NCBI GenBank assembly: GCA_964558645.1
Contig: CAZLEV010000001.1
Coordinates: forward strand, 253,568-317,567
Length of the DNA: 64,000 bases
Direction: 5' to 3'
Source of the DNA: an uncultured archaeon
GTDB taxonomy: Archaea > Asgardarchaeota > Thorarchaeia > Thorarchaeales > Thorarchaeaceae
Part shown: positions 50,412-61,583 of the stretch, piece after piece
Position numbering within the stretch: the stretch's first letter is position 1
How the letters are laid out: each line of letters starts with the position of its first letter
Program-made: the position numbers and the translations under genes
Notes under the pieces: generated by a model
Told to the model about the DNA's origin: nothing
Seen by the model: only the letters and a program-made list of their open reading frames with translations
Databases searched by the model: none

Positions 50412-51311
50412 ATGTCTGATACAGCGGAGCTTCCGGTGATACAAATCCGAATACGAATCCAGAAACCTGTTCAAGAGGTATGGGAGCTCTTCATGGACCC
50501 CATCATCATGCTTCAGTGGCTGGGGAATGAGATTAGCTCTGATTTCAATGAGGGTGGAGGAATCACCTTTCTGGGGAAGAATGCACCAACCACGCCTGAA
50601 ATCGGTAATCGCTGGAATATTAAGAGGATACGTGAAGACAAGGTGGTTCTCCTTACATGGGAGATTTTTGGCCAAGAAACATTGTGTGTGATACGATTCC
50701 GAGAGATTGGACCGGGAACGGTGATGGAGGTCAAACACGGACCGATGCCAGCCGCAGCAAGGTCCTATCATCTTCCTGAACATTGGACGTTGCTGCTGGC
50801 AAATTTCAAGGCTGTGCTAGAACTCGGAGGTCCCGCTCTGAGGTTCGATTACTCCAAGTATCACCCGACGAGAGTTACACACTACGACTTGAAGGATGTT
50901 CGACTCAGTGTCCTCATTCGCGCTCCTCCTTCGTTGCCTTTCGATGTCTGGACCAATCCCGAGAAGCTCAAGCACTTCATCCGAGCTGAGAATCCTGTTG
51001 TAGATGACCAATATGGTGGTCTCTACACCTGGTGGGCTGAAGGCATGGGGCCAGTGGTTTTTACCAAGATGGAACCCGAGAGCGAGATCGAGTTCTCCTG
51101 GGTCTATCAAGATGAGCCTGAAACCCGTGTGAACGTTCGTTTTGAGCCTGTTGATGACGACACGCTCGTTGCCCTGCATCATTACGGATTTCACAGACCA
51201 GAAGATGTTGTGGGCTACCGGATCGGCTGGGCCTCGATTCTCGCCGAGCTTAAACTAGTATGCGAACTGGGCGAATCAGGAATCGAGAGGATAAGCGACT
51301 GGGAAGTGTGA
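50412..51311 (+). CDS. Tandem SRPBCC/AHSA1-like domain protein
   Basis: Two repeats ending HW..LL.NFK and GWASILAELK. Confidence 0.85.
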   Translation: MSDTAELPVIQIRIRIQKPVQEVWELFMDPIIMLQWLGNEISSDFNEGGGITFLGKNAPTTPEIGNRWNIKRIREDKVVLLTWEIFGQETLCVIRFREIGPGTVMEVKHGPMPAAARSYHLPEHWTLLLANFKAVLELGGPALRFDYSKYHPTRVTHYDLKDVRLSVLIRAPPSLPFDVWTNPEKLKHFIRAENPVVDDQYGGLYTWWAEGMGPVVFTKMEPESEIEFSWVYQDEPETRVNVRFEPVDDDTLVALHHYGFHRPEDVVGYRIGWASILAELKLVCELGESGIERISDWEV

Positions 51312-51335
51312 ATCAGCTCAAGGCACTATGGCTGG

Positions 51336-52088
51336 TCAGGCAAAAACAGGGAACAACCCAACAAGAGGCATGGTTGGGAAGAGGAGTACCCATATCATGA
51401 ATGAAGTCACGAGTGGGAGAAAGAAGTTGTCCAGCCACCCAGTGGAAAGGAGCTCGGTCAGAGAAATAGCAACAGACACCAAAGCAATCTGAGGAAGAAG
51501 GCACGGTATACAGCAGTCTGAGTAGATCAGTAGCGATGTCGAGGTTGATACTATTGCGAACAGGAACACCGCGATTGACCCCTCTACTGACTTGTTTCTG
51601 AAGCCGACGCCGACATACTCCCGCCCGATGTTCCGGCCAACCACCTCGCCAGATGCATCAGCCCAAGAAACAGCTAGGATGGCAGCGACGAAGATCTCTG
51701 GTCTTGGAAGAAACAGGACAAAAGAAATGGCGAAGGACAAAAGGCCCATGAATCCCGATGCAAAGGTATTCTTGTTCGATTCTCCTGGCCGACTCCCTGC
51801 AAGAAGGAGGTCGAAGAGGAGAGAGCTCTTATGGGCCCAGAGGTAGAAGAGCACTGTGAGGAATATGCCAGTTGCCAGTGCGGGGCCGCTCAAGTTGGAG
51901 TAGCCTACCACGGTGAGGCCGATGACAGTTCCCATGCTGACATGCACCAGTTTGCGGGGTTTCCATCTCTCAACCCCCTTCTCAGACAATTTGTACGCCA
52001 CGACCAATACTATGGTCCCTGCTATGCCCGTCAGGATGGCCATTGTAACATCTAGTGTTGTCAGCTCCCCAAAGTACAGGTCAACCAT
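51336..52088 (-). CDS. Polyprenol (dolichol/phytol) kinase family protein
   Basis: RKLVH, WADASGEVVG, KSVEGS, DNFFLP. Confidence 0.88.
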   Translation of the reverse strand: MVDLYFGELTTLDVTMAILTGIAGTIVLVVAYKLSEKGVERWKPRKLVHVSMGTVIGLTVVGYSNLSGPALATGIFLTVLFYLWAHKSSLLFDLLLAGSRPGESNKNTFASGFMGLLSFAISFVLFLPRPEIFVAAILAVSWADASGEVVGRNIGREYVGVGFRNKSVEGSIAVFLFAIVSTSTSLLIYSDCCIPCLLPQIALVSVAISLTELLSTGWLDNFFLPLVTSFMIWVLLFPTMPLVGLFPVFA

Positions 52089-52180
52089 AGCATATCATGC
52101 ACACTCATGCAGGTCTGCCTTTTGTCTATTGCTGTGCTGAATGACTTGGAGAAAGATATCTTCGATTATTGAGGGATTGC

Positions 52181-52600
52181 TCAAGCCTCCTCTAGTCCAA
52201 GAAGCGCGGCCTGACGTGACAGACCCCAGACCCCCTTAACGAGCCGGGTCATGTTTTCTTCTGTCTGTTTGATGATATGTTCTCTCTCAACACTTCTAAC
52301 CTGAGATGTGTGATTGATGACCTTCTTAAGAGGCGCGCTTGGAGGAACTTCGGGGGGCATCATAGGTGCAGGAGAAGACATGGCCTCATGAGAACTTCGG
52401 TCACGAAAAGTCAAGCGGCGGAAATCTTGTTCATTGGGCGGTTCAAGGTGCGGGGGTTCGCTGGCATCATAACCGGGCTGGAGAATTTGGACCATGAGGG
52501 CATCTTCAGGCTGGGAAGAGAGGGAGTACACCTGTCCCAGCTGAATTCCGAGCACACCTGTTACGTCGGTTGAATCATGATGCTGTTTCCCCCAGTACAT
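52181..52600 (-). CDS. Hypothetical protein
   Basis: ORF fills the intergenic gap. Confidence 0.45.
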   Translation of the reverse strand: MYWGKQHHDSTDVTGVLGIQLGQVYSLSSQPEDALMVQILQPGYDASEPPHLEPPNEQDFRRLTFRDRSSHEAMSSPAPMMPPEVPPSAPLKKVINHTSQVRSVEREHIIKQTEENMTRLVKGVWGLSRQAALLGLEEA

Positions 52601-52652
52601 TTATGAACTCGCCAGATCTCTCCCTTCGCATTAGGAATCGGAGCAGTAACCT

Positions 52653-53342
52653 GTGATATGGAAAACCAAGATTCGAGTGGTGGGCTGTTGCCTTATCATC
52701 GCGATCATCGGATTGGCTATCCTCATCCCATATGTGCTAGATGCACCGAGTATTGAAAAGACAAGGTCCGGCATGGTAACGTTCTCATCTGTGGCTGGCG
52801 AGTCTGTCTATGTGGAGGGCAGATTCTCATTCATGACACTGTGGGAGACCAGAGGAAACTATACGGCATCTGGAGGAGTAGAGATTGGTTTCAAGTTTAC
52901 GTCAACCCTTCCATTTCAGAACCTGTCATTCTCAATGTATCCTCGCTATTCTTCGGGGCATGGAAACCTCTCGGTGAACGAAACAGTGACTCTGAAACTT
53001 CAATCACAGACACTCAATGAGTCATGGACATACAGCGATTACCAGGGCTCAGGGTGGTGGGACATCGGCCTTGGAAATCGCAGTTCAAGCCTTCCCATAT
53101 TCAACCCGGACAGACTGGCGTTCAATGCCACCCTGTGGTGGCGTTGGATCCTTACAGATGTGGAAGCTTCTGGTGATACACATGAATCCAGATTCACTTT
53201 TACTATTACGCTAACAGAAAGACTACACCTCCACGATATGGGAGAAGTGAGAACTGCTACCTTTTGGTCTGCTCTACTCGGTATTGCAGTGGTTGTCATA
53301 GGCACTTGGAAGTATCAGTCTATCAGAATCACCGAAGATTAG
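52653..53342 (+). CDS. Membrane-anchored extracellular hypothetical protein
   Basis: N- and C-terminal TM segments; several NxS/T sequons. Confidence 0.75.
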   Translation: MIWKTKIRVVGCCLIIAIIGLAILIPYVLDAPSIEKTRSGMVTFSSVAGESVYVEGRFSFMTLWETRGNYTASGGVEIGFKFTSTLPFQNLSFSMYPRYSSGHGNLSVNETVTLKLQSQTLNESWTYSDYQGSGWWDIGLGNRSSSLPIFNPDRLAFNATLWWRWILTDVEASGDTHESRFTFTITLTERLHLHDMGEVRTATFWSALLGIAVVVIGTWKYQSIRITED

Positions 53343-53821
53343 GAGTATCTCTTCAGGAACTTATGATATCACTCCGAAAAAGCGGCTCAATCAAGACGAG
53401 GATATTGGCGGTTCCAGCTATGCCTGTGCTCGGTTTCAACCAGAGCAATCGGATATGCTAATGAGAGTGCGATGGCTCCATGAGTATCCATGTGCGGTTT
53501 GCCTGTTTTTTTTGGGCTTTCCCAGTTTCTTGCTCGGAAGAAGTCAGACCATAGAAAGCCCATAGAAAGGGCATCGTCATTCACTGAACCATATGTCCGG
53601 TCTACCATCAACTATCCCGCTGCTGAATGGCTCGTCTGAGTATATGTAGAAGTCAAAACCCTCTTGGGTACTTCTCCAGTAGAGTAGGCCTCGGTAGAAG
53701 TTGCGTTCCCACCTGCAAACCTCATCGTAGCCCGGAAACAGACTCTCTTGAGCCCGATCTCAATTCCGACAGAAGCATATATCTTCTTGGTGGTCTTGAA
53801 TCCTAGAGTAATCCAGCCTGA

Positions 53822-54307
53822 GTGATGGAAGCCATGACCGAAAAGATTCCCAACATAAAGATGCATCATGATTTTGCAGTTACCACTCACAACGCGCTAT
53901 GGTCAATCCTTGACAAGACTGAACCATCTGATGAGGAGCTGGAGGAGGCGATGCATATGGCCCATGCCAGCCGAAATCACTGGAGCAAGGCAGGCTCAAT
54001 CATCAATATCGCAAGAGCCGAGTATATGATCTCGCGAGTATACTTTTCTATGGATCGTGCTGAACCTACACTCTTTCACGCCGAGCGGTGTCTGGAGCTT
54101 ACAGAGGAGGCCAAGAAGACTGACGACGCCTTTCAGGACTGGGACCTTCCCTTTGCCTATGAGGTCGTTGCGAGGGCCCACGCGATTGCTGGCAATAAAG
54201 ATGAGTGCTATACGTATCGAGAACTTGCCCAGAAGGAAATCGATGCCCTTGAGAGCGACGAAGACAAGAAGATTACGCAGGGCGAACTCGATAAGCTCCA
54301 GTGTTGA
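53822..54307 (+). CDS. Conserved hypothetical helical protein
   Basis: HASRNHW...ARAEYMISRVY...FAYEVVARA. Confidence 0.8.
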   Translation: MMEAMTEKIPNIKMHHDFAVTTHNALWSILDKTEPSDEELEEAMHMAHASRNHWSKAGSIINIARAEYMISRVYFSMDRAEPTLFHAERCLELTEEAKKTDDAFQDWDLPFAYEVVARAHAIAGNKDECYTYRELAQKEIDALESDEDKKITQGELDKLQC

Positions 54308-54644
54308 TGATGTGGCTGTCATCAGAGTCCCTGAGATGATATACTACTTGCAGATGCAACACAGTCCATAGTCGTCGGCACTACGTGCGTCTTCGCAGTC
54401 AACTCCCCTTTTGACATCCGAACCAATCGGCAGTACTTGACTTCCATTTTCAACACGGCGGCATCATCGACCGTCATCTCTGGCAATTGGTGTTTCTTGT
54501 AAGAGCACTGACATTCAAGGCCGATCCTCTGTTCTGCACCGAGCTGAGGTATCGCATGAAAAACAAAGCAACTTAAATATTAGTTTGCTACTCGTGCGAG
54601 TATTGTTGAGTTCCAGTTGTGAACTCATATGGCGGGAATTCGAG

Positions 54645-56471
54645 ATGAAAAGTAGGAAAACGTTCTTCATTCTTTTTCTAGTAATCCTGTTTTCGGTGAC
54701 GGTTTCATCCAACTTCGCATATGCCGCGAACACAAACCGTGCACTCGATTACAGTACGGCTCGGAGCGCTTCTCGGACAGTAGAATCGTATGTGCTGGAA
54801 TCTGACCATCCTTACAGTAACAATTTCGATCATACCTGGAGCATAACCAAGCAGGATGCGACGCAGATACGGGTCCATTTCACATACATAGAGGTGGAAA
54901 GCAACTACGACTATCTCTACGTGTACGATTATGCTAACAATCAACTCCACAAACTGACGGGTACGTACTCCTCGGGTGGGTGGTCTGCCTGGAGCTATGG
55001 GTCCACAATCAAGGTCAGGCTTGACACAGACTACTCGGTCACAAAGTGGGGATTCAAGATTGACAAGATCGAGTATGAGGGAGGCGGCGGTGGCGGAGGA
55101 GACAATGTTCTCCAAAACGGCGTCACAGCCACAAGTTCACTCTCAGGGACGGGTGCCACAGAAATGTGGACGATAGAGGTGGAGTCCAACGCAGTCAATA
55201 TGCATTCTGTGCTTACCTGTGGATCCGCTGACTTCGACCTCTATGGGCGACGAGGAGCTGAGCCAACAACTTCGACCTATGATTGGCGCGGCTACACAAG
55301 CGGTGGAGAGGACGTGAACTTCGCAAACCCGGGCGCCGGTACATGGTACATCATGGTACGCTCGTACAGCGGATCTGGCACATATTACCTCACCGTGACT
55401 ATTGAGTACGACTCGGGTGGCGGCGGAGATAACACACTCCAAAACGGTGTTGCTGTAACTAGTTCACTCTCTGGAACAGGCGACACAGAAATGTGGACGA
55501 TAGAAGTGGAGTCTAGTGCTCTCAACATGCATTCTGTTCTCACATGCGGGTCGGCCGACTTCGATCTCTATGGACGAAGAGGAGCCGAACCAACGACTTC
55601 GACCTATGATTGGCGCGGCTACACAAGCGGTGGAGAGGACGTGAACTTCGCAAACCCGGGCGCCGGTACATGGTACATCATGGTGCGTTCGTACAGCGGG
55701 TCTGGATCGTACCAGTTGACTGTGACCATTGAGTACGATTCGGGTGGCGGTGCAGGTGATGGGGTGGTCAGGAAGTGGGCTGTCATAGTTGGGATCAGTG
55801 ACTACAAGGCTATCAGCGACCTCTCATATTGTGATGAGGACGCAACAGACTGGTACAACTATCTCACGTATACCATGGACTACGACTACATCAGAGTACT
55901 TGGAGACGGTCATACATCCAACTATCCATCGTACTATGCCCTTGCGACAGAGGCCAATGTGAAATCATCTCTTAACTGGCTCATCTCCAATGCAGATGAG
56001 GATGACCAAGTGGCTTTCATTACTTCTGGACATGGTAGCGGCAATGGCTATGGCTCGTCCTTCTTGTGCATGTGGGACTGCAATAGTGGGGAAAGCGGTG
56101 AAGACGGCAACCTCTACGATACCGAGCTTGCATCTTACATTGGCAACATTGTGGCTGAGAGCATTTTCATCTTCGTGGATCATTGCTACAGCGGAGGTCT
56201 CATTCCGGAGATTCAGGCGCTGTCCAATAGTGATTCGGTCTACATGACCACCACATGTACTCAGAACGGCTACGGGTATGATGACCCATCACATCAGAAC
56301 GGTGCATGGACCTACTACTTCCTTGAGTTCGGTCTCATCAACCATTTCGGTAGTAGTCCGAGTACAACGATGGAATCCTGTTTCTCCTATGCCCTAAACT
56401 ACTACCCGCACAGTGGTGGGGATACTCCCCAAGAATTCGATGGCAACACTGGTTCATCATTCACACTTTGA
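54645..56471 (+). CDS. Secreted CUB-PPC-PPC-caspase-fold (C14-like) protease
   Basis: Signal peptide; CUB (ESDHPY...YDYL...TDYSVTKWGF); two PPC repeats; WAVIVGISDY, SGHG, DHCYSG dyad. Confidence 0.88.
   Translation: MKSRKTFFILFLVILFSVTVSSNFAYAANTNRALDYSTARSASRTVESYVLESDHPYSNNFDHTWSITKQDATQIRVHFTYIEVESNYDYLYVYDYANNQLHKLTGTYSSGGWSAWSYGSTIKVRLDTDYSVTKWGFKIDKIEYEGGGGGGGDNVLQNGVTATSSLSGTGATEMWTIEVESNAVNMHSVLTCGSADFDLYGRRGAEPTTSTYDWRGYTSGGEDVNFANPGAGTWYIMVRSYSGSGTYYLTVTIEYDSGGGGDNTLQNGVAVTSSLSGTGDTEMWTIEVESSALNMHSVLTCGSADFDLYGRRGAEPTTSTYDWRGYTSGGEDVNFANPGAGTWYIMVRSYSGSGSYQLTVTIEYDSGGGAGDGVVRKWAVIVGISDYKAISDLSYCDEDATDWYNYLTYTMDYDYIRVLGDGHTSNYPSYYALATEANVKSSLNWLISNADEDDQVAFITSGHGSGNGYGSSFLCMWDCNSGESGEDGNLYDTELASYIGNIVAESIFIFVDHCYSGGLIPEIQALSNSDSVYMTTTCTQNGYGYDDPSHQNGAWTYYFLEFGLINHFGSSPSTTMESCFSYALNYYPHSGGDTPQEFDGNTGSSFTL
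55101..55750 (+). repeat. Internal tandem repeat, 327-nt period (two PPC domains)
   Basis: Includes an identical 89-nt block at 55269-55357 and 55596-55684. Confidence 0.9.
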
Positions 56472-56505
56472 GAGGGGCTCTGGCCCCTCCTATCCTTTTT
56501 TCTTT
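56472..56505 (+). terminator. Hairpin plus T-tract terminator
   Basis: GAGGGGC-TCTG-GCCCCTC followed by TTTTTTCTTT directly after the stop codon. Confidence 0.65.
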
Positions 56506-56835
56506 CTCCCCATCATTGCTACCTACACAAAGCAGCATGAACACTCAGAGTATGTATGGAAAGATTTGTGGATGTGCTGTATCAAGCTTGCTCCCGTACA
56601 GTGGAGTTCTCAGACAAGGAGCAGACACCTCTGCCGAAACAATATCAACTCACTTCCAGCACAGAAGATACAGAGGATGATTACTCTTAGAGGTGTACTC
56701 ATAGTACAATGGTCACGTCAAGCATTTGAAACCCGGTGAAGGAAAAACGCTTGACTTACCAGGTGTTCTAGATAAGGGATTACGAGGATGGCTTGAGAAG
56801 AAAGAAACAAAAGCTAGCCGATGGGTCGATAGGAC

Positions 56836-58092
56836 ATGATTGAGGTTGCACCCGACCAGGCACGGAGCTTTGTGTTAGACACGCAGGCTATTCGGTCCAA
56901 TTCTCCTTGTCAGTCAGTCATGGACGTCGCGCGGAGAATTCATAATATCCAGATTGATACTATCTCTGTGGTGACGCGGAGCCACAATCTCATCTGCTTC
57001 AATCGGTTCAGTGACTATTACGAAGGCGATGTGTGGGAAGCTCAGAAGAGCGGTAAACTCTTCGAGTATTCGTCGCATGCTCAGTGTCTGATGCCGATAG
57101 AGTCACTTCCATTTTACATGTGGAAGATGCACAAGTTCAGAGAGCAAGAGAAAGGCTACTGGGCCAAATGGGGCAGAGAGAACAGAGATTTGGTCGACGC
57201 CGTTTACGATCACGTAAAGAAGAACGGAGTGACCTCCTCAAGCGACTTCAAGGATGACGGAAGAAAGCGCGACGGTTGGTGGGACTGGAAGAAAGAGAAG
57301 CGGGCACTAGAGTTTCTCGCTACGGAGGGCAGACTCATGGTTGCTTTTCGAAGCAACTTTCAGAAGCACTTCGATGTGTCTGAGCGCGTCGTTCCTCTCA
57401 GTCAGAGTACTGAGCCAATGCCTGAAGATATGATTCCCGAGTACATAGTCTCGGTAGTCTTTGGATCCCTGGGTCTGGCGAGTGCACAAGATTTGAAGAC
57501 ATACGTGGGTAGGAGGCCGGCAAGGGTGTTCTGGTCTGGGCGAACAACAGAGATTGAGAGCTATCTGGAAGGCTGTTGTAAGAGTGGGGTGTTAACCGAG
57601 GTAGCGGTTGGGGGAGCCAACGAGAGATACTTTGTACTGTCATCTAGCGCTAAGGTACTGGAGCAGTCTCTGTCACGGTTGAATGTAGGGCCTGTCAGGT
57701 TTCTAAGTCCTTTTGATAATATTGTCCGAGACCGCCATTATCCGAAGCATCTGTGGGGTTTTGGATACAGATTGGAGGCCTATACGCCAGCAAAAGACAG
57801 AGAATACGGGTACTATGTTCTGCCTATGTTGCACGGTATCAATATCGTTGGGCGTGTCGACATGAAGGTGCATCGCAAGGATTCAACTCTCGAGATCCTG
57901 TCTCTATACCTTGAGCACGATGATACAAAATCAGATGATTTTCCTATCCGTTTGTGTGAGGGTTTGCGTGACTTTGGACGATTTCATTCTTGCCGACTAT
58001 TGAAAATAGGCTCAATCCATCCGCAAGAGCGCAGAACGCAGCTCATAGACAGACTGGAGGACACATTGGACATGGAGTTGGTTCAGGCATAG
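56836..58092 (+). CDS. YcaQ/AlkZ-family (HTH_42) DNA glycosylase
   Basis: IQIDTI..V.RSH, LSPFD, YGYYVLP, GRVD.K. Confidence 0.9.
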   Translation: MIEVAPDQARSFVLDTQAIRSNSPCQSVMDVARRIHNIQIDTISVVTRSHNLICFNRFSDYYEGDVWEAQKSGKLFEYSSHAQCLMPIESLPFYMWKMHKFREQEKGYWAKWGRENRDLVDAVYDHVKKNGVTSSSDFKDDGRKRDGWWDWKKEKRALEFLATEGRLMVAFRSNFQKHFDVSERVVPLSQSTEPMPEDMIPEYIVSVVFGSLGLASAQDLKTYVGRRPARVFWSGRTTEIESYLEGCCKSGVLTEVAVGGANERYFVLSSSAKVLEQSLSRLNVGPVRFLSPFDNIVRDRHYPKHLWGFGYRLEAYTPAKDREYGYYVLPMLHGINIVGRVDMKVHRKDSTLEILSLYLEHDDTKSDDFPIRLCEGLRDFGRFHSCRLLKIGSIHPQERRTQLIDRLEDTLDMELVQA

Positions 58093-58206
58093 AACCAATC
58101 CTTTTCGTCGTGCTTCTATGGCAGCTATTACGCTAACCTTATCTTTTTGAAGTATTATTCATTAGAAACCATAAGGACATGGTACAGACACCTAGGAGAA
58201 GTATTG

Positions 58207-58794
58207 ATGAGAGATCAGGATGACGGAAGCAGGATTCTGAAGGCTGCACTGATAGGCGACGGCGCTGTGGGGAAGACCAGCATTCGGCGTGACTATCTGG
58301 GGGAGGATTTCATAGAGGGACACCTCGCTACAATCGGAGTTGACCTCGCAACAAAGAAGGTACTCTTTGAGGATGAAGTTGTGAAGTTCATCATCTGGGA
58401 TTTGGCAGGCCAGCCGACCTTTGAGAAGGTGCGCGGACACTATTATCATGGATGTAACGGATTGCTGCTGGTATATTCGGTTGTGGACCGTGATTCGTTT
58501 GACAATGCAAGCAAGTGGCTCGTGGAAGCCTATCGTAATATGGGCAAGCTGCCGCCGACAATCATCATCGGAAACAAGATTGACATCCGCAACTTGGCAC
58601 CATATTCTGAAAGGGTTTCAACTGCGGAGGGCAAGCAGTTTGCAGAGTATTTCATGAAAAAACTCGATGTTCCTGCGGTCTTCATTGAAACATCTGCCAA
58701 GACAGGTGAGAACATTCAGGAGGCCTTCAACAAGCTTCTGAGAATGATGGCTGAAGCCGAGGACGATAAGAGTCACCACTACGTGGGCGAATGA
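58207..58794 (+). CDS. Rab-like small GTPase
   Basis: GDGAVGKT, TIGVD, WDLAGQ, GNKID, ETSAK. Confidence 0.95.
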   Translation: MRDQDDGSRILKAALIGDGAVGKTSIRRDYLGEDFIEGHLATIGVDLATKKVLFEDEVVKFIIWDLAGQPTFEKVRGHYYHGCNGLLLVYSVVDRDSFDNASKWLVEAYRNMGKLPPTIIIGNKIDIRNLAPYSERVSTAEGKQFAEYFMKKLDVPAVFIETSAKTGENIQEAFNKLLRMMAEAEDDKSHHYVGE

Positions 58795-58859
58795 ATCAGT
58801 GGTACTCATCGCAACTTTAATAACCCGATGCACTATTGTTAACACAATGATTCGGGCTG

Positions 58860-61481
58860 ATGGGTATGAGTGAGCAAGATAGAAGCAGCAAGTCACGTAT
58901 TTCCATGAAGATAGAAGGTATGCATTGTGCTTCCTGTGTGGCCACCATCGAGAAATCACTTCTCAATGAAGATGGTGTATTGAAGGCGACCGTCAGTCTT
59001 CTTGATGAGAAGGCCGTCATCAATTACGATCCTGAGAAGGTAGACAGGGAAAGACTGGAGCATGCCGTGGAATCTGTCGGATACAGACCAAAGCGTCCCA
59101 CGATGACACTTACATTGGCTCCCAAGCCGACTCCGAATCAGTGGGATATCCTGATTGAAGGAGTTGAATCGATAGATGGAATCATGTCAACAAAGATCTT
59201 TCCTGATTCGGGGAGAATTATTGTAGAATATGATGACGACTTGGTAACCGCAAGAATCGTCAAACGCGTCATAGAAGAAGAAGGATTCGAGGTCGCGAGT
59301 AGCACTGAGGCACTCGGCGATAGAGAAACACTGGCTAGAGAAACGGAGATTCGCTATTACGGAGCTCTTCTATTATTCTCATTGGTCTTTACAATTCCTC
59401 TTGCGCTTACAGGATTTGGATTACTGACTCCCCTTATTCAGCCCTTTATTGCACCAGACATTTTCATGTTCTTACTAGCAACCCCTGTTCAGTTTGTTGC
59501 TGGCTATCCATTCTACAAATCCGGACTTAGAGGTCTAGTCCACGGAAAGACCAATATGGACACACTGATAATGCTCGGAACAAGCGCGGCATACTTCTTC
59601 TCTGTTGCTGCCACGTTCATCTTCCCAGATTTCGTGCCTTTCTACAGTACTTCAGCTTGGCTGATTGCGTTCATAATCCTTGGCAGATTCTTGGAAGCCA
59701 TTGCAAAGGGAAGAACCTCAAAATCCATTAGAAGTCTTATGGACCTGCAGGCGAACATAGCTACAGTTGTAAGAAATGGCGAAGAAATCACATTGCCTGT
59801 TGAGGACGTTGAAGTTGGAGATACCATATTGGTCCGTCCGGGAGAGAAGATTCCTGTCGATGGTAGGGTACTCCAAGGCGAATCCAAAGTAGACGAATCG
59901 ATGATCACTGGTGAGGCCATCCCGGTCGACAAGACCCCTGGTGATCAGGTAGTTGGTGCTACCATCAACAAGAATGGTGTCCTCCGGATTGAAGCCACAC
60001 AAGTCGGTCAGGATACCATGCTATCTCAGATTGTCAAGCTTGTAGAGGAAGCTCAGAGTGAAAAGCCTCCAATTCAACGAAGGGCTGACGCTATTGCAGA
60101 AGTCTTCGTTCCATTCGTTCACGTGATTGGTTTCGCCACATTCCTTGGGTGGTTGTTCATAGGAGCAGCAGAGTGGACTCTGGCTCTGAGTTTCACCATT
60201 GCTGTTCTGGTTGCAGCCTGTCCATGTGCACTTGGGCTTGCTACACCCACGGCAATCATGGTGGGATTAGGCAAGGGTGCTCAGTCTGGTATCTTGATCA
60301 AGACTGGTGCAGGGCTTGAAACAATACCGAAGATTGACACGATCATATTTGATAAGACAGGAACCCTTACCATTGGAAGACCAACAGTCACAGACTTCAT
60401 CTTGCTTCCAGGCATTGACAAGGAACTGGCTCTATCCGAGATCGCAGCTGTTGAGAAGAACAGCGAGCACCCGTTGGCTGAAGCAATAGTAAGATATGCT
60501 CAGAAAGAGGAGGTCGATATTCCGTCGAGTGAAGACTTCAGCTATGAGCAAGGTAGCGGAGTTCAGGCTATGGTCAATGGGAATGAGATACGCGTTGGCA
60601 AGGATGAGTATCTTCGTGCTGGCGGTATTGATATCTCCGAACTAGAACATCACAGCGCAGGACTTCAAGAACAAGGAAAGACAACTGTCTATGCTTCTAG
60701 AAACAACAAGCCATTGGCGGTGATCGGCATCGCAGACGCCATCAAACCATCGTCAATGAGCGCAGTGAAATCCCTCAAGAAGATGGGCCTTGATGTGTGG
60801 ATGATAACCGGCGACAAAGAACGTACTGCAAGAGCTGTTGCAGAGAAGATTGGAATTGAGAATGTCCTATCTGAAGTTCTTCCTGTAGACAAAGCTGACA
60901 AAGTCAAAGAACTACAGAACGAAGGAAAGGTTGTTGCCATGACAGGCGACGGAGTTAATGATGCTCCTGCTCTTGCTCAGGCCGATGTAGGGATAGCACT
61001 AGGCTCAGGAACGGATGTGAGTGTGGAGACTGGAGAGATTGTGCTTGTCCGCGATGACCTCATGGATGTTGTTGCCGCCATAAAACTCGGTAAGAAGACA
61101 ATGGTCAAGATAAGACAGGGCTTCTTCTGGGCTTTTGTCTATAACATGGCATTGCTGCCCATCGCAGCTGGTCTATTCTATCCTTTCTTTGGACTGGCAC
61201 TGCGACCTGAGTTTGCTGGACTCGCCATGGCAATGTCAAGTGTGTCTGTGGTGAGCAATGCACTTCTTCTGAACCGATTCGATCCGACGGAACCTATTGA
61301 AGAGGAGGATGTTCCAGAAGAGGAATCCGCAAGCACCATCGCCATCGATCCTATTTGTAAGATGGAAGTAGACACGGCCACTGCAGAACTGTACTCTGAC
61401 TACGAAGGCGAACGGTATTACTTCTGTGCTCCTTACTGTAAGCAGACATTCGATGAGAATCCGAGTCAGTACATAGAGTAA
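58860..61481 (+). CDS. copA: Cu(I)-transporting P1B ATPase with C-terminal YHS/TRASH domain
   Basis: GMHCASC, TGE, CPC, DKTGT, HP, GDGVND, YN, MAMSS; DPIC...YYFC..YC. Confidence 0.95.
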   Translation: MGMSEQDRSSKSRISMKIEGMHCASCVATIEKSLLNEDGVLKATVSLLDEKAVINYDPEKVDRERLEHAVESVGYRPKRPTMTLTLAPKPTPNQWDILIEGVESIDGIMSTKIFPDSGRIIVEYDDDLVTARIVKRVIEEEGFEVASSTEALGDRETLARETEIRYYGALLLFSLVFTIPLALTGFGLLTPLIQPFIAPDIFMFLLATPVQFVAGYPFYKSGLRGLVHGKTNMDTLIMLGTSAAYFFSVAATFIFPDFVPFYSTSAWLIAFIILGRFLEAIAKGRTSKSIRSLMDLQANIATVVRNGEEITLPVEDVEVGDTILVRPGEKIPVDGRVLQGESKVDESMITGEAIPVDKTPGDQVVGATINKNGVLRIEATQVGQDTMLSQIVKLVEEAQSEKPPIQRRADAIAEVFVPFVHVIGFATFLGWLFIGAAEWTLALSFTIAVLVAACPCALGLATPTAIMVGLGKGAQSGILIKTGAGLETIPKIDTIIFDKTGTLTIGRPTVTDFILLPGIDKELALSEIAAVEKNSEHPLAEAIVRYAQKEEVDIPSSEDFSYEQGSGVQAMVNGNEIRVGKDEYLRAGGIDISELEHHSAGLQEQGKTTVYASRNNKPLAVIGIADAIKPSSMSAVKSLKKMGLDVWMITGDKERTARAVAEKIGIENVLSEVLPVDKADKVKELQNEGKVVAMTGDGVNDAPALAQADVGIALGSGTDVSVETGEIVLVRDDLMDVVAAIKLGKKTMVKIRQGFFWAFVYNMALLPIAAGLFYPFFGLALRPEFAGLAMAMSSVSVVSNALLLNRFDPTEPIEEEDVPEEESASTIAIDPICKMEVDTATAELYSDYEGERYYFCAPYCKQTFDENPSQYIE

Positions 61482-61583
61482 TAGGGATTTGAGGACCACA
61501 ATCGTCCTCTCAGAGTTCACCCGACAGTGCTTAATAGTAGGATGTATTCTTGCTTCCTGTATGGTTCACAAGGAGTGAGGATA

